A stretch of DNA of 61,806 nucleotides, the filler included. It is 6 parts of 6 records of this genome, joined end to end, with 100 filler letters (N's around TTAATTAATTAA, not from the genome) between each part and the next. Parts side by side here need not be neighbours in the genome. Positions count along the whole stretch, not along the records: positions 30,201 to 38,994 come from DRR378314_1844; positions 39,095 to 45,298 come from DRR378314_1847; 4 more parts are not named here. One strand, written 5' to 3'. Positions 33,624-44,197 of this stretch are shown piece by piece (position 1 is the stretch's first letter; the number at the start of each line of letters is the position of its first letter). The notes under the pieces are model-generated. The model did not search any database. It had not been told where the DNA came from and saw only the letters and a program-made list of their open reading frames with translations. The position numbers and the translations under genes were made by a program.

Positions 33624-33691
33624 CTTCATCTTTTCAAAAATATCTCGGGGGTGAAGTGCCCCGCAGGGGCACGAGGGGGCAGCGCCCCCTC
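33624..33691. repeat. Rhodobacteraceae-type intergenic palindromic repeat element
   Basis: CTTCATCTTTTCAAAAATATCTCGGGGGTGAA plus hairpins GTGCCCC-GCA-GGGGCAC and AGGGGGC-AGC-GCCCCCT; absent at the orthologous site in contig 2. Confidence 0.55.
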
Positions 33692-33699
33692 CTCCCAGA

Positions 33700-35370
33700 T
33701 CAGCGCATGCGGCTGACGACCACCGTGACCTCGGGCTTCTTGCCGATCTCCGACTGGGCAGTCTGACGCGCCACGCGCTTCAGCTCCTGTTCCAGCTTGT
33801 CGTCGTCTTTCAGGGTCTTCTTGCCGGCGCGCATCAGGAACTGGTTCAGGTCCTCTTCCATGACCTCCGCCAGCGCGGCATTGGACTGGCCGGTCTCGGC
33901 CAGACCCTTCAGATCCACCCAAGGTTCCCCGAGCGGCTCGTCATCCTCATCGAGGATCGCGGTCACCACCACAAGGCCGTTCAGCGCCATGCGGATACGA
34001 TCCCGCACGATGCCATCCATGGCGCCAATCTTGACCGAGCCATCCAGATAGGTGCGACCGGTGTCGATATATTCCGCCACCTTGGGCGCATCGCCGGTCA
34101 GATCCACCATCATGCCGTTGACGGCGATGGTCGAGGCGATGCCCTTCTCCTCGCCCAGACGGGCGTGCTGACGCAGGTGGCGGTGTTCGCCGTGCATCGG
34201 GATGAGGATCTTGGGCTTCACGATGTCATGCATGCGCTCCAGATCCGGCCGGTTGGCGTGACCCGACACGTGATACAGACCGGAGGAATCATCCACCACA
34301 TCCACACCGCGCTCGGAGAACTGGTTCATAACCCAGATCACGCCCTTCTCATTGCCGGGAATGGTCTTGGAGGAGAACAGGAACAGATCGCCCTCTTTCA
34401 GCTCCAGGCCGCGATACTTGCCGCGTGCCAGCTGCGCGGACGCCGCACGGCGCTCCCCCTGAGAGCCGGTGATGATCAGCATCAGGTTTTCGCGCGGGAT
34501 GTCCCCGGCCTCTTCCGGCTGCACCACGGCGGGAAAATCGGTCAGAACGCCGGTCTGGATCGAGGCCTCGATCATCCGGTTCATGGCCCGGCCCAACAAC
34601 ACGATGGAGCGGCCCGCGCGGACGCCAGCCTCCGCCAGGGTCTTCACCCGCGCCACGTTGGAGGCAAAGGTGGTCGCCGCCACCATGCCGGAGGCTCCGG
34701 CAACCAGCTGGGTGATGTTGTCGCCCAGATCGCTCTCTGACCGACCAGCATGCTGGGTGAACACATTGGTGGAATCGCAGATCAGCGCCTGCACCCCGTC
34801 CTTGGAAATCTCGGCCCAGAGGTCGGGATCAAAGGCCTCGCCGACGATCGGCTTCTCGTCCAGCTTGAAATCGCCGGTATGCACCACACGGCCCGCCGGG
34901 CTGTCGATGACCAGACCACCGGATTCCGGGATCGAGTGGGAGATCGGCACCGCGCTGATGGAGAAGGGACCAAGCTTGACCACATCCGGCCAGGGCGAGA
35001 TCGTCACCACCTTCTCAGGATCATGGCCCTGCTCTTCCATCTTGCGACGCGCGATATTGGCCGTGAAGGCGCGGGCGTAAACCGGCACGTTGTTCAGACG
35101 GCTATAAAGATGCGCCACCGCACCAATGTGGTCCTCGTGGGCGTGGGTGATGAAGATGCCCTCCAACTGGTCGGCGCGTTCGGCCAGCCAGGTGATGTCG
35201 GGCATGATCAGATCCACACCCGGCGTGGTGTCCATGTCGGGAAAGGCCACGCCCAGATCGACGAGAATCAGGCGTTCCTTGCCCGGAGCGCCGTAGCCGT
35301 AGACATAGGCGTTCATGCCAATTTCACCCGCCCCGCCAAGGGGCAGATAGATCAAACGTTCACTGCTCAT
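33700..35370 (-). CDS. rnj: ribonuclease J
   Basis: THAHEDHIG, HVSGH; ortholog of 19710..21380. Confidence 0.96.
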   Translation of the reverse strand: MSSERLIYLPLGGAGEIGMNAYVYGYGAPGKERLILVDLGVAFPDMDTTPGVDLIMPDITWLAERADQLEGIFITHAHEDHIGAVAHLYSRLNNVPVYARAFTANIARRKMEEQGHDPEKVVTISPWPDVVKLGPFSISAVPISHSIPESGGLVIDSPAGRVVHTGDFKLDEKPIVGEAFDPDLWAEISKDGVQALICDSTNVFTQHAGRSESDLGDNITQLVAGASGMVAATTFASNVARVKTLAEAGVRAGRSIVLLGRAMNRMIEASIQTGVLTDFPAVVQPEEAGDIPRENLMLIITGSQGERRAASAQLARGKYRGLELKEGDLFLFSSKTIPGNEKGVIWVMNQFSERGVDVVDDSSGLYHVSGHANRPDLERMHDIVKPKILIPMHGEHRHLRQHARLGEEKGIASTIAVNGMMVDLTGDAPKVAEYIDTGRTYLDGSVKIGAMDGIVRDRIRMALNGLVVVTAILDEDDEPLGEPWVDLKGLAETGQSNAALAEVMEEDLNQFLMRAGKKTLKDDDKLEQELKRVARQTAQSEIGKKPEVTVVVSRMR

Positions 35371-36149
35371 ACGTGAGTACCGATATCCTTGTTGTGTTCG
35401 TGGATGAGCCTCAGACCTTGCATGGTCAGGTCATCCTCATATGCGTCAAATAGATCTGCTGTCTGCTGGAAGAGCGGCGCCAGCCCGCCGGTAGATATGA
35501 CTTTCATCGGCACGGCGGCCTCGGCGCGGATCTGGGTGCAGATCTCGCGCACCAGTCCGACATAGCCCCAGAACACGCCCGACTGCATGCAGGTCACGGT
35601 ATTGGTGCCGATCACCTTCTGCGGCTTGGAAATGTCCACATGCGGCAGCGCCGCCGCCGCGTGGTGCAGCGCCTCAAGGCTGAGATTGACACCCGGGGCG
35701 ATCACACCGCCCACGTAAGCGCCGTCGCGAGCCACGACATCAAAGGTCGTGGCGGTGCCAAAGTCGACGACAATCAGGTCGCCACCGTATTTCTTGTACC
35801 CCGCCACCGTGTTCACCAACCGATCCGGTCCCACGGTCGTGCCCGCATCCACGCGCGTACCCACCGGCAGTGCGCATTCGGGCTTGCCCACCACCAGCGG
35901 GCGGGTGTTGAAATACCGATCCGCTAGGACACGCAGGTTGAACACCACGCGCGGCACGGTGGAGGAAATGATCACATCGGTGATCTTGGCCTTCACCCCC
36001 TGCAGGGACATCAGCGTGGAAAGCCAGACGTAATACTGATCCGCCGTGCGCTGCCATTCGGTCGAGGTGCGCCAATGGCCGATCATCTGATCGTCATCCC
36101 AAAGTGCAAAGACCGTGTTGGTGTTGCCGCAGTCAACCGCGAGAAGCAT
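35367..36149 (-). CDS. coaX: type III pantothenate kinase
   Basis: MLLAVDCGNTN, VVDFGTATTFD; start set by the ortholog. Confidence 0.95.
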   Translation of the reverse strand: MLLAVDCGNTNTVFALWDDDQMIGHWRTSTEWQRTADQYYVWLSTLMSLQGVKAKITDVIISSTVPRVVFNLRVLADRYFNTRPLVVGKPECALPVGTRVDAGTTVGPDRLVNTVAGYKKYGGDLIVVDFGTATTFDVVARDGAYVGGVIAPGVNLSLEALHHAAAALPHVDISKPQKVIGTNTVTCMQSGVFWGYVGLVREICTQIRAEAAVPMKVISTGGLAPLFQQTADLFDAYEDDLTMQGLRLIHEHNKDIGTHV

Positions 36150-36163
36150 GTGCCCCGCCTCCG

Positions 36164-36913
36164 TCAGAAAAAGATATCCGCAGCGGGGATGGTGACCTTC
36201 CCCTTGGCGGTGGTGAGAACGAGGTTGCCCGCGTCGTCTATGGTCTCGAACGTGCCCGATGTCTCCTCGCGCGCAGTGCGTGCGGTGATGACCTCGCCCA
36301 GCTTGGCAGCGCGTGACAGCCACAGCTCGCGGATCGGGGCAAAGCCGTAGGTAGTGAACTGCTCCTCATGGCGGGCAAAGGCAAGGGCCAAAGCCGACAG
36401 AAAGGTCTCCGGGTCAACCCGAACGCCGGTTTCGGATTGCAGCGACACCGGCCAGACCGCACCCGGTTCCAGCCATTCCTTCATCGGGGTCTGCGCCAGG
36501 TTCACGCCAATCCCGACAGAGAGATAGTCCACCCCTGCCCCGGCGCCGGAGCTTTCCAACAGGATGCCGGCCAGCTTGCCACCATTCAGCAGCACGTCAT
36601 TGGGCCACTTGAGCGCCAGACCAGCGGTGCGGCCAGTGACCGTCTCCACCGCATCGTAAAGCGCCAGCGCGGCGACAAAGCTGCGCAGGGCGATCTGATC
36701 CGGGCTGCCCGCGGGACGATAGACCAATGTGCCGGCGAAATTTCCCTCGGGGTCGGTCCAGGCACGCCCCCGCCGTCCGCGCCCCTTGGTCTGGCGCAGC
36801 GCGAGGATCCATTCCGGGCCGGTGAGCTCCGGCGCAAGGCGGGCGGCCTCATCCAGGGTGCTGTCAACATCCGCCAGCACGCGGCGCCCGTATCCGATTG
36901 GCCAATCTGTCAT
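36164..36913 (-). CDS. birA: biotin-protein ligase
   Basis: QTKGRGRRGRAW, LKWPNDVL, KLAGILLE. Confidence 0.93.
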   Translation of the reverse strand: MTDWPIGYGRRVLADVDSTLDEAARLAPELTGPEWILALRQTKGRGRRGRAWTDPEGNFAGTLVYRPAGSPDQIALRSFVAALALYDAVETVTGRTAGLALKWPNDVLLNGGKLAGILLESSGAGAGVDYLSVGIGVNLAQTPMKEWLEPGAVWPVSLQSETGVRVDPETFLSALALAFARHEEQFTTYGFAPIRELWLSRAAKLGEVITARTAREETSGTFETIDDAGNLVLTTAKGKVTIPAADIFF

Positions 36914-36947
36914 GCGCGCCCCTTTAGCACTGGCATCAGCAAAAGGC

Positions 36948-36979
36948 AAAAGGCCCGGTCGCACCGGACCGGGCCTTTT
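36948..36979. terminator. terminator after nuoN
   Basis: AAAAGGCCCGGTC-GCACCG-GACCGGGCCTTTT. Confidence 0.8.
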
Positions 36980-37001
36980 GACGAATTATTGCCTGTCGTC
37001 T

Positions 37002-38438
37002 TCAGCGGACCAGCATCGCGGCCGCCGCAGCCGCCGCCCCTTCGACACCGAAGGTGGTGATCACACCGATCAGCATCAGTGCCGCACCAGCGGTAAAAAA
37101 GGCCAGCAACACCGGGGAGCGCGATGTCTCCACATCATCGGCGTCGGCGCCGAAATACATCAGGAACACGATGCGCAGATAGTAGTAGGCGCCGATCACC
37201 GACGCGATCACACCCGCGATTGCAAGCCAGGTCATGTTGGCCTCAACCGCGGCGCGCAGCACGAAGAATTTGCCAAAGAAGCCCAGCATCGGCGGCACAC
37301 CAGCCAACGAGAACAGCAGCACCAGCATCCCCAGCGCACGGCCGGGTTCACGCTTGGCGTATTGGTTCAACGCGCTGATATCAGTGACCGCTTTTCCATC
37401 GCGATGCAGCATCATGATGAAGGCAAAGGTGCCAATGTTCATCGCCACATAGATCGACATGTAGATCAGCAGCGCCTGAATGCCGAGCGCGGTGCCCGCT
37501 GCCAAGCCGATCAGCGCATATCCCATATGCGCAATCGAGGAATAGGCCATCAGGCGTTTCAGGTCAGTCTGGCCGATCGCTGCAACCGCGCCGAGGAACA
37601 TCGACAGCACCGACAGCAGCGCGATGATTTGGCTCCAGTCTTCGACCGCATACCCAAAGGCATCGTGCAGCACACGGGCAAACAGCGCCATGGCTGCAAC
37701 CTTCGGAGCCGAAGCAAAGAAAGCTGTCACCGGCGTCGGCGCGCCTTCATAAACGTCCGGCGTCCACATGTGGAACGGCACCGCAGAGACCTTGAACGCC
37801 ATGCCGGAGATCAGGAAGACAATGCCGAACAACAGGCCAACCGTAACCTCGCCATGCTGGGCGACCTCGATAATGCCGGAGAACAACGTGGTGCCAGCAA
37901 ATCCATAGACCAGCGACGCGCCGTACAGCAGCAGACCGGAGGACAGCGCGCCAAGCACGAAATACTTCAGACCGGCCTCGGTGGACTTCACGCTGTCCCG
38001 GCGCAGGGCGGCAACCACATACAGCGCCAGAGATTGCAGTTCCAGCCCCATATAAAGCGCCATCAGGTCGCCTGCGGAGACCATGACCATCATGCCGATG
38101 GCCGAGAGCGCGATCAGGATCGGGTATTCAAACCGCAGCATGCCGCGTTTTGACATGTAATCCTGCCCCATCACCATCACGGCGGCGGCAGAGAACAGGA
38201 TCGCCACCTTGGCAAAGCGCGAGAAAGCATCATCGACGAACATACCGCCAAAGGCCTCGGTCGCGCCAGAGCCGGAGGTTCCGATCCAGATCCCCAGCAC
38301 CACCATCAGCGCGGCGGTTACCCACACGAGCATCGGCGCCAGCTTGTCCTTGACGGTATAGACAGCCACGAGCAACGCCGCCATCGAGAAGACGGCGAGG
38401 ATGATCTCGGGCAGGATCACGGAGAGATCAGCTTGCAT
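37002..38438 (-). CDS. nuoN: NADH-quinone oxidoreductase subunit N
   Basis: Ortholog of 22971..24413. Confidence 0.97.
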   Translation of the reverse strand: MQADLSVILPEIILAVFSMAALLVAVYTVKDKLAPMLVWVTAALMVVLGIWIGTSGSGATEAFGGMFVDDAFSRFAKVAILFSAAAVMVMGQDYMSKRGMLRFEYPILIALSAIGMMVMVSAGDLMALYMGLELQSLALYVVAALRRDSVKSTEAGLKYFVLGALSSGLLLYGASLVYGFAGTTLFSGIIEVAQHGEVTVGLLFGIVFLISGMAFKVSAVPFHMWTPDVYEGAPTPVTAFFASAPKVAAMALFARVLHDAFGYAVEDWSQIIALLSVLSMFLGAVAAIGQTDLKRLMAYSSIAHMGYALIGLAAGTALGIQALLIYMSIYVAMNIGTFAFIMMLHRDGKAVTDISALNQYAKREPGRALGMLVLLFSLAGVPPMLGFFGKFFVLRAAVEANMTWLAIAGVIASVIGAYYYLRIVFLMYFGADADDVETSRSPVLLAFFTAGAALMLIGVITTFGVEGAAAAAAAMLVR

Positions 38439-38450
38439 CTCATCAGCTCC

Positions 38451-38994
38451 TTAGTGGGAATTTGTGGCGGCGACATCGACTTCGGCGGTGTCCGACAGGA
38501 CCCCCGCGTCGGCGACGGCCGTATTGACGGATTGAACGAGCGCTTCGGTCGAAGGACCAATCACGTCGGTAACAACGGCAGGATAGACGCCGAGCAGCAG
38601 GGTCATGGCGATGAGCGGCGCAAAGATCCACTTCTCACAGGCGGACATATCCTTAATGGCTTTCAGGCTCTCCTTGATCAGATCGCCAAAGACCACCCGG
38701 CGATAAAGCCAGAGCGCATAGCAGGCCGAGAAGATCACGCCGGTGGTGGCGACAAAGGCCACCCATGTGTTCTCCTGAAAAGCGCCCACGAGGGTCAGGA
38801 ACTCGCCGATGAAACCGGATGTGCCCGGCAGGCCAACGTTGCCCATGGTGAAGAACATGAACACCAAGGCAAAGGCCGGCATGCGGATCACCAGACCGCC
38901 ATAGGCGTCGATGTCGCGGGTGTGCATGCGGTCATAGATCACACCTACACAGAGGAAGAGCGCAGCCGAGATGAACCCGTGGCTGAGCATCTGG
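38451..38994 (-). CDS. nuoM: NADH-quinone oxidoreductase subunit M, C-terminal fragment
   Basis: [10 protein letters not shown]...[11 protein letters not shown]. Confidence 0.95.
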
Positions 38995-39094
38995 NNNNNN
39001 NNNNNNNNNNNNNNNNNNNNNNNNNNNNNNNNNNNNNNTTAATTAATTAANNNNNNNNNNNNNNNNNNNNNNNNNNNNNNNNNNNNNNNNNNNN
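38995..39094. other. artificial contig linker
   Basis: N-run, TTAATTAATTAA, N-run. Confidence 0.99.
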
Positions 39095-39154
39095 GGTACT
39101 TCAGGTTCTGTTGGTACTTCAGGTACTTCAGGTTCTTCTGGTTCTTCTGGTTCA
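39095..39154 (-). repeat. 9-bp coding tandem repeat (Pro/Glu linker)
   Basis: GGTACTTCA/GGTTCTTCT units encoding EPE/VPE. Confidence 0.75.
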
Positions 39155-39729
39155 CTTTCAAGCTGCTCAATATAACGACTCAGTAGCGACTCAACATCAT
39201 CCACGCTGGAGCCATCGCCGAGTAAAGGAGCTAATGCACGAGCTGGCTGCTGTTCAATGCTTTCGCTGCTGTTCATAAATGCTGCGACAAGCTCCTCTCG
39301 AGACAGCCCTTCTGCCAGCAGCGTTGACCAGTATGCTAAGCCTTCTGGGTCTGGCTCGCGGTTAAGAACACTGTTGTAGAGTTGATTTAGCCAAGCGGTA
39401 TCGTTCAAGTTAGAAATGGTGGTTTCGAACTCATTAGACGCTTGAAAGCTATTGGAAATCTCTTCTAATGCTAAGCCGTTGCGGTACTCATTGACCCAGT
39501 ACTTGAGGCCTGAAAGGTCAGGCGTACGTAATAGATGAACACTATAGAGCGTAATAATAGGCTGGATTTGCAACTGAAATTCATTGCTGGCCACCATTGA
39601 GTCAAGAGTGGTTGCAACATCGGCAGTCCCGCTATCCAGGGCGGCAGTCCAATAATTAGCGCCAGCCTCATCCGGCTCACGCAACAAAATATCGTGATAT
39701 AACGTAGAAACAAGCTCAAAATTGGTCAT
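39095..39729 (-). CDS. DUF4214-repeat surface/S-layer-like protein, N-terminal fragment
   Basis: Three LY...L.R.PD..G..YW...S.E units, then a Pro/Glu linker cut by the contig end; no signal peptide. Confidence 0.8.
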
Positions 39730-39945
39730 TTAACCAGCCCTTAAAGAATGAATAGAAGGGCTGAATTTATTACTGAGTCATAGCAATTAAATTACTTAAA
39801 TGTTTTATTTTTATGATACTTAGGGGCTAAGCGACTTATAGCAACGTGAAAAATTTTTTTCTTTAAAGCGTCATGTATTTGCAATGGCTAGCTGCGTAAT
39901 CTCATGTTTGCCTGTTTTCTCCATCGATTAAAAAAGGGAATCGCC

Positions 39946-42285
39946 ATGAGTAACTTCCAGCTTCAGCTCCTGCACGCAGCCGATATGGAGGGGGGAGGGG
40001 GAGACCTGCTTAATGCACCCAATTTCATCTCTATCGTGGATCACTTAGAAGACCAATACGCTAACTCGTTGTTTGTTAGCTCGGGAGATTTAGTGTTGCC
40101 TGGGCCATACTTGAACGCTGCCGCTGATTCAAGCCTACAGGCAGCCTTCCAAGCAGCGGTTGAAGAGATTTATGGGTTGGAAGCTGGCTCCATGAGCGGT
40201 ATTACGGCCGCTTCTGGGCGCGTTGAGACTCTATTGATGGATCTGGCAGACGCGGCGGCCGTGACATTGGGCAATCATGAATTTGATTTGGGTACCGGGC
40301 TGATCGAAGCAATGATTGCAGCGGTCGTGAACGGCGGTTCTACAGCAGACGTTGAGTGGCTAGGTTCGCAGTTTCCTTATCTGTCCGCCAACCTAGACTT
40401 CTCGGGCGATTCCGCTCTAAGTGGCTTAGCGACCGAAGAAATATTAAGCCAAGACGCCTTCCAAGCCACCTTGGAGGAACTGTTGGCAGGCGCTAATAAG
40501 CCTAAGCTAGCTCCGGCGGTCATTGCTGAGCGTGGCGGAGAGAAAATCGGCATTATTGGCGTGACTACCCAAATTCTGGAGAGCATCTCTTCACCTGGCG
40601 ATGTCAATGTGCTGACCGGTGGCAGCAATGACATGCAAGCCCTGGCCGAGCTTATTCAGCCCGTCATTGATGACCTTGAGGCGCAGGGCATCAATAAAAT
40701 CATCCTCAGCTCGCACCTTCAGCAAATTCAGTTTGAAGAAGAGTTGGCGACACTGCTGGACGGCGTCGATATCGTCATTGCCGGTGGTTCCAATAGCTTG
40801 CTGGCAGACCAGGAAGACCAGGATCGTGGCTTGTTCCCAGGGGCGGGTGAGCCCTATGACACTTACCCCATCGTGACTCAGGACGCTTCAGGTAACGATG
40901 TAGTCGTCGTAAATACTGACGGGGGCTGGCGCTACGTTGCAGAGCTGGTTGTCGAGTTTGACGAACAGGGTCGTGTGATTGCTGACGCCATCGATGAAGA
41001 CTCTTCTGGTATCTACGCCTCTACCGATGAACAGGTAGAAGCGCTATGGGGAGACCTGGTAAGCGCCTTCGCCGAAGGCACTAAAGGTAATATTGCTAAT
41101 GATTTAGTCGGCTCGGTGGGTGAGTTTGTTGCTGAGCAAGACGGCAATATCCTTGGTTTGACCGATGTATACTTAGTTGGTGAACGGGCAGCGGTGCGCA
41201 CCGAAGAAACCAACCTGGGTAACCTAACCGCGGATGCCAACCTCTGGTATGCCAAGCAGCTTGACGAAGATGTCGTAGTATCGTTCAAAAACGGCGGTGG
41301 TATCCGTGAACCGATTGGTAATGTCGTCGTAGAAGGAAGCGACAGTGAGCCAAGCTACCAAGCCCCAAGTGCCAATTCCGCCATTGGTAAACCAGAGGGC
41401 GGCGTATCTCAGTTGGATGCAGCGTCATCACTTCGGTTCAACAACGACCTAGCCATAATCACTATCACACGCAGCAAACTGCTGGAGGTTCTGGAGCATG
41501 CGGTTGCTGCATCGGCACCGGGGGTCACCGCAGGTCAGTTTGCCCAGGTGGGCGGTATTCAGTACAGCTATGATCTTAGCCAGCCCGCTGGCGAGCGCAT
41601 CCAAAATGCGGTCATTGTTAATGACGATGGCAGTACCAACGATGTACTCGCCGCCAATGGCCGCCTGGTAGGTAGTGCTGAAGAGGCTGTCAAAGTCGTC
41701 ACGCTAGGCTTTTTGGCTGATGGCGGCGACGGCTATCCGCTAGGTGAAGACAGCTACCAAAACCGGATAGATCTTATGAGTGCCTTCGAGGATGACGGCC
41801 TCTTTGACTTCGCCGAAAAAGGCACAGAGCAGGATGCCTTCGCTGAATACATGGCCAGCATGTTTAGCGAAACACCGTTTAGTGAACAAGAAACCCCTGC
41901 TAGCGAAGATCTACGAATCCAAAACCTTGGTGAGCGCAGCGATGCTGTCTTTGATGCACCTGTCGATCCGCTACTACGCCTTTACGATGCCGCTTTTGAC
42001 CGCACAGCGGATGGCAAAGGGTTAGGCTACTGGCTTGAAGTGAGTGAATCGGTCAACCTGAATGATATTGCTGATAGCTTTGTGGGATCAGAGGAGTTTG
42101 CAAGGCAATACGGTAGTATAGAAAACGATGCCTATATTGAACTGATGTATGAAAATGTACTCGAAAGGGCTTCAGATGCGGCAGGTCAAGCATATTGGCT
42201 TGATAAGCTAGATAATGGAGCTGAGCGCGGTGCTGTTATGGTTGGTTTCACAGAGTCAGCAGAGAGCGTGATGCTGTTTGGCTAA
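39946..42285 (+). CDS. metallophosphatase/5'-nucleotidase with C-terminal DUF4214 domain
   Basis: LQLLHAADME, SSGD, LGNHEFD, YLSAN, ETNLGNLTADA, KNGGGIR, GGDGY; tail LYDAAFDR...GLGYW...LYENVLER-like...GQAYW. Confidence 0.88.
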   Translation: MSNFQLQLLHAADMEGGGGDLLNAPNFISIVDHLEDQYANSLFVSSGDLVLPGPYLNAAADSSLQAAFQAAVEEIYGLEAGSMSGITAASGRVETLLMDLADAAAVTLGNHEFDLGTGLIEAMIAAVVNGGSTADVEWLGSQFPYLSANLDFSGDSALSGLATEEILSQDAFQATLEELLAGANKPKLAPAVIAERGGEKIGIIGVTTQILESISSPGDVNVLTGGSNDMQALAELIQPVIDDLEAQGINKIILSSHLQQIQFEEELATLLDGVDIVIAGGSNSLLADQEDQDRGLFPGAGEPYDTYPIVTQDASGNDVVVVNTDGGWRYVAELVVEFDEQGRVIADAIDEDSSGIYASTDEQVEALWGDLVSAFAEGTKGNIANDLVGSVGEFVAEQDGNILGLTDVYLVGERAAVRTEETNLGNLTADANLWYAKQLDEDVVVSFKNGGGIREPIGNVVVEGSDSEPSYQAPSANSAIGKPEGGVSQLDAASSLRFNNDLAIITITRSKLLEVLEHAVAASAPGVTAGQFAQVGGIQYSYDLSQPAGERIQNAVIVNDDGSTNDVLAANGRLVGSAEEAVKVVTLGFLADGGDGYPLGEDSYQNRIDLMSAFEDDGLFDFAEKGTEQDAFAEYMASMFSETPFSEQETPASEDLRIQNLGERSDAVFDAPVDPLLRLYDAAFDRTADGKGLGYWLEVSESVNLNDIADSFVGSEEFARQYGSIENDAYIELMYENVLERASDAAGQAYWLDKLDNGAERGAVMVGFTESAESVMLFG

Positions 42286-42347
42286 TGAAGCAACCTAACT
42301 CTGTTGGGTAAGCACGTTGTTTATCTCACTCAACACTCAGTGCTTTC

Positions 42348-42380
42348 AACGCCCCTACCCTAGGCAGGGGCGTTTCTGTT
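42348..42380 (+). terminator. possible terminator after the phosphatase gene
   Basis: AACGCCCCT...AGGGGCGTT followed by TCTGTT. Confidence 0.55.
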
Positions 42381-42433
42381 ATGCTGCCGCGATAATCCTC
42401 GCGTGACTCCTTTGATTCAACGGTGACCCTTCC

Positions 42434-44197
42434 ATGGCAAAGCAACAGGAAGCAACGGATCTGCAGCGTGCGTTAAGCGCCTGTAAGGGTTCGTTTGTAT
42501 CGGTGGGCTTTTTTAGCATGTTCGTCAATTTGCTCATGCTAGTTCCCCCCATGTACATGCTCCAGGTGTATGACCGCGTGCTTACCACGCAAAGTCTCGA
42601 TACGCTCATCATGCTGACGCTTGTCGTCATCTTTCTTTTTATGGTGATGGGTGGGCTTGAGCTAGTTCGGTCAAGAATGTTGGTTAGGATAGGGAACCGA
42701 TTAGATACTACGATTAATCAGCGCCTCTATGGTGCCATGTTTCGCCGTAGTTTAGTTGCTCCAGGGGCTCAAAGTGCTCAGCCGCTAAATGACTTGACCG
42801 GTTTACGACAGTTTCTAACTGGGAATGGATTGTTTGCCTTTTTTGACGCCCCTTGGGTGCCCGTTTATCTTGGCATTCTGTTTATTTTTCATCCCTGGCT
42901 AGGGGTGTTTGCTACCTGCGCGGGCATTATTCTATTTGCGCTAGCGGTTGCTAATGAAAAATCTACGAAGACCTTACTTGCCGAAGCCAATAGCGAGCAA
43001 ATTCAAGCACAGAACCTAGCCAACTCTAACCTGAGAAATGCTGAAGTACTGCATGCTATGGGCATGCTGCCCGGCATTATGGGACGCTGGTCAAAGCGCC
43101 ATCATGAATTCCTTGCTAAACAGTCACAAGCGAGTGACCGTGCAGGCGCTTTGACCAATACGTCTAAAGTAATGCGTTTGCTCTTTCAGTCATTAATTCT
43201 TGGTCTAGGTGCGCTTTTAGTACTCCAGGGGGAAATGACTCCCGGCATGATGATTGCTGGCTCTATCCTAATGGGGCGTGCGCTGGCACCTATTGATCAA
43301 ATGATAGGCGGCTGGAAAGGCTTTGTAGCAGCACGTGGCTCGTACAGCCGATTAAACGAGCTACTGACGCAGATACCCGATGAGCAGCGTCATATGTCTC
43401 TGCCAGCGCCGAAAGGCATTATCGATGTGGAGAACGTAGCGGCTGCTCCTCCCGGTGCACGTATGGCTACCATCCGAGGTATTAACTTTAGCGTCGCTAA
43501 AGGCGAGCATGTTGGCATTATTGGCCCAAGTGCGGCAGGTAAATCAACGCTTGCCCGCGTGCTGTTGGGGATATGGCCAACACAGGTTGGGGACGTACGA
43601 CTTGATGGTGGTGCGGTTAACCAATACAACCGTGACGAACTTGGCCCCTACATTGGCTATTTGCCACAAGATATCGAACTCTTTGATGGCACCATCAGTG
43701 AAAATATTGCCCGTTTTGGGGACATTGACCCTGAAAAAGTGGTTGTTGCGGCCCAAAAAGCGGGTGTTCATGAAATGGTGTTAGAGCTATCCAATGGCTA
43801 CGACACCGTGATTGCATCTAACAGTGGCGCGCTTTCCGGGGGGCAGCGCCAGCGCCTCGGGCTTGCTCGCGCATTGTATGGCAATCCAGTCCTCGTCGTT
43901 CTAGATGAGCCTAACGCTAACTTAGACGATGCTGGTGAAAAAGCGCTGGGCCAAGCTATTGCTCAATTGAAAACAGAAGGTACGACGCTCTTTGTTATTA
44001 GCCACCGTACCAGTGTTCTAAAAGGCATGGATAAGCTGTTGGTAATGAAAGAAGGTCAAGTCAGTATGTTCGGTCCTCGTGATCAAGTATTGGCACAATT
44101 TGCCAAAAAATCGCGCCCCCAGGTTAGCCAACAAAACGCCACTCGCCTTTCTGCTATTGCAGGCGGTCGTGGAAATGGCAGCGAGGAGACGACATGA
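42434..44197 (+). CDS. type I secretion system ABC permease/ATPase (PrtD/AprD/RsaD family)
   Basis: YMLQVYDRVL, FFDAPW, GPSAAGKST, LSGGQRQR, LDEPNANLD. Confidence 0.95.
   Translation: MAKQQEATDLQRALSACKGSFVSVGFFSMFVNLLMLVPPMYMLQVYDRVLTTQSLDTLIMLTLVVIFLFMVMGGLELVRSRMLVRIGNRLDTTINQRLYGAMFRRSLVAPGAQSAQPLNDLTGLRQFLTGNGLFAFFDAPWVPVYLGILFIFHPWLGVFATCAGIILFALAVANEKSTKTLLAEANSEQIQAQNLANSNLRNAEVLHAMGMLPGIMGRWSKRHHEFLAKQSQASDRAGALTNTSKVMRLLFQSLILGLGALLVLQGEMTPGMMIAGSILMGRALAPIDQMIGGWKGFVAARGSYSRLNELLTQIPDEQRHMSLPAPKGIIDVENVAAAPPGARMATIRGINFSVAKGEHVGIIGPSAAGKSTLARVLLGIWPTQVGDVRLDGGAVNQYNRDELGPYIGYLPQDIELFDGTISENIARFGDIDPEKVVVAAQKAGVHEMVLELSNGYDTVIASNSGALSGGQRQRLGLARALYGNPVLVVLDEPNANLDDAGEKALGQAIAQLKTEGTTLFVISHRTSVLKGMDKLLVMKEGQVSMFGPRDQVLAQFAKKSRPQVSQQNATRLSAIAGGRGNGSEETT

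Noticed and set aside
30201..38994. Apparent duplication of prfC-helicase-rnj-nuo
   Set aside because: Separate contig with extensive synonymous and protein divergence; best explained as another organism
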